This document shows positions 58,858 to 64,000 of a stretch of 64,000 nucleotides of DNA, one piece after another (within the stretch, counting starts at the first letter, position 1; each line of letters starts with the position of its first letter). This stretch comes from a bacterium (GTDB taxonomy: Bacteria > Actinomycetota > Acidimicrobiia > Spongiisociales > JAHEDJ01): contig JAHEDJ010000007.1 in assembly GCA_024641325.1 (NCBI GenBank), positions 3,008 through 67,007 of the forward strand. Direction: 5' to 3'. The position numbers and the translations under genes are program-made. The notes under the pieces were generated by a model. It had not been told where the DNA came from. It was given only the letters and a program-made list of their open reading frames with translations, and searched no databases.

Positions 58858-59440
58858 GGTTCACCGCGACAAGTGCCGCCCGGATGACCTTCCCTTTCAG
58901 CGTGTAGCCCTTGCGCATTTCGGTAGATACGACGATCGCGTCGGTGCCGTCACCGGACGCCATGACCGCCTCATGAATCTCCGGGTTGAAAGCCTCCCCG
59001 GTAGCGGGGATAACCTCGAGTCCCTCGGCCTTCAGCACTTCTAGCAACTGCTCGCGAGTGCCAAGCATTCCGCCGAGCAGTTTCTGCTCGGTCGGGCTCG
59101 TGACCTCGATGGCGAGTGCCGCATCGAAAGTATCGAGCACCGGAAGCATTCGTTCGACTACTCGCTCCGAGGCGCGTTCGATTGAGAGCGTCATGTCCCG
59201 CTGGGTCCGTTTGCGGTAGTTGTCGAACTCGGCGGCCAGGCGCTGCAGGTCGTCGAGAAGTGCGGATGCGTCGGCCTGAGCCTGGGCAATCGCGCCGAGG
59301 AGCATCTGCTCGCGCTCTGCAGGATCGTCCGGAAGTATCAGGCCGAGTGCAGCCGGATCAATCGGCTCGAGATCATGGATCTCTATGATCTCCGCCTCGA
59401 CGGGCCACTGCTCGGCTGCTTCTTGTTCGTTGTTGCTCAT
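58850..59440 (-). CDS. grpE: nucleotide exchange factor GrpE
   Basis: AEFDNYRKR, FNPEIHEAV, GYTLKGKVIRAALVAV. Confidence 0.95.
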   Translation of the reverse strand: MSNNEQEAAEQWPVEAEIIEIHDLEPIDPAALGLILPDDPAEREQMLLGAIAQAQADASALLDDLQRLAAEFDNYRKRTQRDMTLSIERASERVVERMLPVLDTFDAALAIEVTSPTEQKLLGGMLGTREQLLEVLKAEGLEVIPATGEAFNPEIHEAVMASGDGTDAIVVSTEMRKGYTLKGKVIRAALVAVNHE

Positions 59441-59468
59441 CTCAGTGGCGTGGCCGACGTTACGTCGG

Positions 59469-61307
59469 TCACGCCTCCTCGCCTTCGTCGATGATCTCGG
59501 CCTCGACGATGTCCTCGTCTGAGTCATCGTCGGTTTCCTCTCCGTCGGCCGCGCTCTGCTCCTGTGCTGCTTGCGCATACAGGCGTTGAGCGAGAGCCTG
59601 GGAGGCAGTGAGAACTGCTTCGATCTGGTTGCGGATCTCCTCCGCGGTCGATGTTTCGTTTTCGGCGACCGTCTTCAGCTCGGCGAGGGCCGACTCGATG
59701 CTCGATTTCTCGTCCTCCAGCAGCTGTTCTTCCTGCTCCTTGAGGAGCTTGCTGGTCTGGTGGGCGATCTGATCGGCCTGGTTGCGAGCTTCGGCGAGTT
59801 CGCGCTTCTGGCGATCCTCTTCGGCGTAGGCCTCGGCGTCCTCGACCATTCGCGCGATGTCCTGGTCGGCCAGCGCCGTGCCCCCGGTGATGGTCATTGC
59901 CTGTTCCTTACCGGTGCCCAGGTCTTTGGCGTTCACATGCACGATGCCGTTGGCATCGATGTCGAATGTGACCTCGATCTGCGGCATGCCCATCGGGGCC
60001 GGCGGAATACCGGTGAGCCGGAACTTACCGAGGCTCTTGTTGTCCGGTGCCATCTGACGCTCACCCTGGAGGACGTGAATCTCGACCTCAGGCTGGTTGT
60101 CATCGGCGGTGGTGAAGGTCTCGGAGCGACGGGTGGGGATCGTGGTGTTGCGCTCGATCATCTTGGTCATGATCGAGCCCTTGGTCTCGATGCCTAGGGT
60201 CAGGGGAGTGACGTCGAGCAGAAGGATGTCCTTCACGTCTCCCTTGAGCACTCCGGCTTGGATGGCTGCTCCGGCGGCGACTACCTCATCGGGATTGACT
60301 CCCTTATGGGCCTCTTTGCCGCCGGTCAGTTCCTTGACCAGTTCCTGTACGGCCGGCATGCGGGTGGACCCTCCGACGAGCACGATGTCGTTGATGCCGG
60401 ACATCGCCACACCTGAGTCCTTGACCGCCTGAAGGAAAGGAGCCTTCGTGCGCTCGAGGAGATGCTCGGTCAGCTTCTGGAACTCGGAGCGAGTCAGCTT
60501 CTTCTGCAGGTGCAGGGGACCCTCGGCGGTCGCGGTGATGAACGGCAGGTTCACCTCGGTCTCGGTCACGGACGAAAGCTCGATCTTGGCCTTCTCGGCC
60601 GCTTCCTTGAGGCGCTGCATGGCCATACGGTCCTGTGAGAGGTCGACGCCTGATTCGTTCTTGAACTCGGTGACGAGCCAGTTCATGACTGCGTCATCCC
60701 AGTCGTCGCCACCGAGGTGGGTGTCGCCGGCGGTTGACTTGACCTCGAAGACACCCTCACCGATCTCAAGCACGGAAACGTCGAACGTGCCGCCACCGAG
60801 GTCGTAGACGAGGATCGTGTGGTCGTGTTCCTTGTCGAGGCCGTAGGCCAGGGATGAGGCGGTCGGCTCGTTGATGATCCGGAGCACGTTGAGACCGGCG
60901 ATCTCCCCGGCTTCCTTGGTGGCCTGCCGCTGGGCGTCGTCGAAATAGGCGGGCACGGTGATCACGGCCTCGGTGACCGACTCCCCGAGGAACGCCTCGG
61001 CGTCACGCTTCATCTTCATGAGGATCCGGGCCGAGATTTCCTGGGCGGTCAACTTCTTGCCGTTGATCTCAACGAACCAGTTCGAGTCGCCCATGTGCCG
61101 CTTGACCGAGCGGATGGTGCGGTCCGGGTTCGTGATCGCCTGACGCTTGGCCACCTCACCGACGAGCACATCGTCGTCTTTGAAGGCGACGACGGACGGC
61201 GTGGTGCGCCCGCCTTCGGCGTTGGGAACAATCGTTGGTTCTCCGCCCTCGAGGACGGAGATGACGCTATTGGTAGTACCGAGGTCGATACCTACTGCTT
61301 TGGCCAT
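59469..61307 (-). CDS. dnaK: chaperone DnaK
   Basis: [29 protein letters not shown]. Confidence 0.98.
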   Translation of the reverse strand: MAKAVGIDLGTTNSVISVLEGGEPTIVPNAEGGRTTPSVVAFKDDDVLVGEVAKRQAITNPDRTIRSVKRHMGDSNWFVEINGKKLTAQEISARILMKMKRDAEAFLGESVTEAVITVPAYFDDAQRQATKEAGEIAGLNVLRIINEPTASSLAYGLDKEHDHTILVYDLGGGTFDVSVLEIGEGVFEVKSTAGDTHLGGDDWDDAVMNWLVTEFKNESGVDLSQDRMAMQRLKEAAEKAKIELSSVTETEVNLPFITATAEGPLHLQKKLTRSEFQKLTEHLLERTKAPFLQAVKDSGVAMSGINDIVLVGGSTRMPAVQELVKELTGGKEAHKGVNPDEVVAAGAAIQAGVLKGDVKDILLLDVTPLTLGIETKGSIMTKMIERNTTIPTRRSETFTTADDNQPEVEIHVLQGERQMAPDNKSLGKFRLTGIPPAPMGMPQIEVTFDIDANGIVHVNAKDLGTGKEQAMTITGGTALADQDIARMVEDAEAYAEEDRQKRELAEARNQADQIAHQTSKLLKEQEEQLLEDEKSSIESALAELKTVAENETSTAEEIRNQIEAVLTASQALAQRLYAQAAQEQSAADGEETDDDSDEDIVEAEIIDEGEEA

Positions 61308-61361
61308 GGGGCTCTCCTCTGCTTCGAATACTCAAGTTCTCAGTGACTACGTACAGTATAA

Positions 61362-61382
61362 CCTGAGTCGACCCTTGTCATA
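61362..61382 (-). promoter_or_regulatory. degenerate HAIR-like (HspR) site next to a TATACT -10 box upstream of dnaK
   Basis: Minus strand TATGACA-N7-ACTCAGG followed by TATACT; extra CTTGAGT half-site at 61330-61336. Confidence 0.4.
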
Positions 61383-61495
61383 TTTCCTCTTTTTTGAATT
61401 TCTCTCAAATCAATGCTCATACAACCGTTTTCGCGCGGCAAATTGCCCCTATATGGTCTGATTGCCGCGCGAGAATGGACTATTAGGAGGTCTTG

Positions 61496-61846
61496 ATGCA
61501 GATCAACGGGCTCAACGTCGTGTTCTTCTGGGTCCGCGACGTAGACCAGGCACTGACCTGGTACAAGAACGTTCTCGGCTTGGAGACCGGGCCACGCCAC
61601 GGGGACTGGCAGGAGTTCCACATGTCCGGCGAAACGAGGTTTGCAATTCACGGTGGTCGGCCGGAAGCCGGTCCACCGACGGCTGTAGCCGCATTCGGAG
61701 TACCGGACCTTGCAGAGGCGATGGCGGAGATGGCCGAGGCCGGCGCCACTCCAATCGACGAGATCACCGACACCGGCGTAGCGCGCTTCGTGACATACAC
61801 CGACCCGGACGGCAACCAGGTGCAGCTCCTCGAAGAGACCGCCTAG
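61496..61846 (+). CDS. VOC/glyoxalase family protein
   Basis: VRDVDQALTWYKNVLG, FGVPDL, YTDPDGNQVQL. Confidence 0.88.
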   Translation: MQINGLNVVFFWVRDVDQALTWYKNVLGLETGPRHGDWQEFHMSGETRFAIHGGRPEAGPPTAVAAFGVPDLAEAMAEMAEAGATPIDEITDTGVARFVTYTDPDGNQVQLLEETA

Positions 61847-61962
61847 GTTTCTCATCAATCGGGTGGCGTACCGGCCCATACGTAGCATTGTGCAGAAAAC
61901 GGCGGTACGGACACTGTCGAACGACTCTGGCGTGAACCCGCGCCCCGTCACACGATGTAGGA

Positions 61963-62859
61963 ATGCTGTCGGTCGATGGTGTGACCAAGCGATTCGGTGA
62001 TCTAGTGGCACTCGATGATTGCTCGCTCACCGTCGAACGGGGCGACATCCTCGGGTTTCTCGGGCCGAACGGGGCCGGGAAGACGACAACGATGCGGATC
62101 ATTCTCGGCCTCATCGACCCGGATGTGGGTGCGGTGTCGTGGGACGATCATCCGATCGACGCCGCCGCCCGACTCCGATTCGGTTACATGCCGGAAGAGC
62201 GGGGCCTCTATCCGCGTATGCCACTGCATGATCAGCTCGTCTACCACGGGCGTCTGCACGGGATGGCAAAGGTCGCGGCCATCGCCGAGGCAACCCGGTT
62301 GCTCGAGATGCTCGGTCTCGAGGATCGGAGCGACGCCAAGATCGAAGAACTGTCGCACGGGAATCAGCAGCGGGCTCAGCTGGCCGTGGCGCTGATGCAC
62401 GACCCAGAGTTGTTGGTCCTCGACGAACCATTCGCCGGCCTCGATCCAATAGGTGTGGATGCTCTTTCGAATGTCCTCACCGAGCGGGCTTTGACCGGCA
62501 CTGCCGTCTTGTTCTCGAGTCACCAACTCGATCTAGTTGAGGACATGTGCCGACAGGTCGTGATCATCAACGAGGGCACAGTGGTATTGGCAGGCGAGGT
62601 CGACGAGCTGCGACACTCATCGCCGCGCCGCTACCTCGACGTCGTCCTCGAGGGGTGTCGCGCGGACTGGGTCGACGGGCTGGAGGGAGTCGAGCTCGTC
62701 GCTCACAATGGCAGTCGCTTCCGGCTGTTGGTGGACGACCGGATGCGAGTATCCGATGTGGCCACCTGGGCCGAGCAGGCCGGCAGTCTCCGCGAGTTCA
62801 GCTTCACTCCGCCGGATTTGTCGGAGGTGTTCCGCGAATCGGTGAGACGGAACGAATGA
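61963..62859 (+). CDS. ABC ATP-binding protein (NatA-like)
   Basis: GPNGAGKTT, GYMPEERGLY, LSHGNQQR, LDEPFAGLDP. Confidence 0.92.
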   Translation: MLSVDGVTKRFGDLVALDDCSLTVERGDILGFLGPNGAGKTTTMRIILGLIDPDVGAVSWDDHPIDAAARLRFGYMPEERGLYPRMPLHDQLVYHGRLHGMAKVAAIAEATRLLEMLGLEDRSDAKIEELSHGNQQRAQLAVALMHDPELLVLDEPFAGLDPIGVDALSNVLTERALTGTAVLFSSHQLDLVEDMCRQVVIINEGTVVLAGEVDELRHSSPRRYLDVVLEGCRADWVDGLEGVELVAHNGSRFRLLVDDRMRVSDVATWAEQAGSLREFSFTPPDLSEVFRESVRRNE

Positions 62860-64000
62860 GCAGCTGGAAGACGCTCTGGTTGGTCGGTTCCCGCGAGTGG
62901 CGGTCGCGTCGCAAGGCTTTCGCGATTTCCACGTTGATCCTGGTGCTGGTGGTCAGCGGCGGCCTGACCGCCATCGGCCTGACATCTGGAGGCTCGGATG
63001 GACCCGTGACCTACCGCATTGGCTCCGTCGGGTCGACGGTCGCGGTCGAAGCACTGATCAATGTCTATGCGCCGCCCGGTTTTAGGGCCGATGTGACGGC
63101 GTTCTCATCTGTGGAAGAGATCGAACGGCGGATGGAGGAGGGTGAACTCGAGTTCGGGATTGCGAGCGACACAGAGATCCTCTCCTATCCCGGGCGTTCC
63201 AAAGCGATGCTCCAGGCGATCTCCGCAGCCCTGTCGGATAGGCAGATCCGTCAGCAAGCCGAAGCTCTGGGAGTGGCTACTGCGGACCTGAACACCATGC
63301 TCGATACCACCGTGACGGTCCGGGAGGTGGTTGAGCCGGCTGAGTCGTTCTCCGCGGACTCAGCGCTGGCCGCCGCCAGCCTCTTCTTGACCTTCATGGG
63401 GATTCTGGCCTACGGACAGTGGGTGGCGTACGGCGTTGTCGAGGAGAAGGCCGGGCGGGTGGTGGAGGTGGTGCTGTCCGCCGTGACGCCCCGCCAGCTT
63501 CTGACGGCCAAGGTGGTGTCGATCGGCCTCCTCGGCTTCAGCCAGCTCATGATCGTCGGGTTCCTGGTGTTGCTCCTGGGGGGCCTCCTCGGCGTCGTCG
63601 ACCTTCCCGATGCCACAGGTGGGGCTTTCGTCATCATCGTCGGATGGTTCCTGCTCGGATACGCCTTCTATGCGGCCGGCTACGCGGCTTCGGGTGCGCT
63701 GGTTCGGTCTGCGCAGGATGCCTCAGACGCGGTGGGCGGATTCAATGTGCTGCTGATGGTCGGGTACTTCACGGCGGTCTCCTCCCTCATCGCAGAAAGG
63801 GACACCTTGGTCACGCAGATTGCGTCGTTCGTTCCGATCACCGCGCCGCTGACGATGCCGATGCGGATGGTGCGCGGTGATGTCGGTCTTTGGGAGGGGG
63901 TCGCTGCCGTGGCGATCATGCTGATTGCCACCTATGGAATGATCCGCCTGGGTGCCCGCGTGTTCCGGAGAGGCATCATCCGGGTCGGCATGAAACTCAA
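62856..64000 (+). CDS. ABC-2 permease (NatB-like), runs off window end
   Basis: Own translation from ATG 62856: MSSWKTLWLVGSREW.., VVEEKAGRVVEVVLS, GKVVSIG-like AKVVSIG, PITAPLTMP. Confidence 0.88.
   Translation, partial: MSSWKTLWLVGSREWRSRRKAFAISTLILVLVVSGGLTAIGLTSGGSDGPVTYRIGSVGSTVAVEALINVYAPPGFRADVTAFSSVEEIERRMEEGELEFGIASDTEILSYPGRSKAMLQAISAALSDRQIRQQAEALGVATADLNTMLDTTVTVREVVEPAESFSADSALAAASLFLTFMGILAYGQWVAYGVVEEKAGRVVEVVLSAVTPRQLLTAKVVSIGLLGFSQLMIVGFLVLLLGGLLGVVDLPDATGGAFVIIVGWFLLGYAFYAAGYAASGALVRSAQDASDAVGGFNVLLMVGYFTAVSSLIAERDTLVTQIASFVPITAPLTMPMRMVRGDVGLWEGVAAVAIMLIATYGMIRLGARVFRRGIIRVGMKL

Noticed and set aside
1-64000. tRNA/rRNA genes, IS elements, integrases, prophage genes
   Set aside because: No such motifs or ORFs recognised anywhere in the window

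Overview
High-GC bacterial chromosomal window, inferred to be actinobacterial (dnaK-grpE-dnaJ-hspR operon, RegX3/SenX3-like pair) and possibly Acidimicrobiia-like (SLH-domain protein, many lipoproteins with T-rich linkers). I found no rRNA, tRNA, CRISPR array, transposase or integrase. In order, it contains: partial purA; TetR, amidohydrolase and an orphan histidine kinase; ppk1-CHAD; a ~9 kb respiratory cluster (membrane-anchored c552-like cytochrome, ba3-type oxidase cbaD/B/A, a cytochrome b-2x[4Fe-4S]-MvhD-like-cytochrome c fusion, a cytochrome c lipoprotein, two SCO proteins, PCuAC); arsC-pstSCAB-phoU-RR-HK; a second phoU with a Na/Pi cotransporter; a polar amino-acid ABC system divergent from an amidinohydrolase + M20 peptidase pair; an M23/SLH protein; dxs; aapJQMP; three ABC export systems; a PadR-(HAAS-NfeD)-SPFH operon; an HtrA-like protease; clpB; archease-mscL-rtcB; and the dnaK operon. 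The best candidate for an undescribed system is the Rieske-free cytochrome b/ferredoxin/MvhD/cytochrome c fusion encoded directly behind the ba3 oxidase. Secondary signals are 7-bp-periodic intergenic arrays, a 60-bp tandem hairpin repeat with a compensatory change, an SD/start-stop hairpin, and an internal RBS in the NfeD fusion. All family calls are by eye from motifs; no database searches were run.
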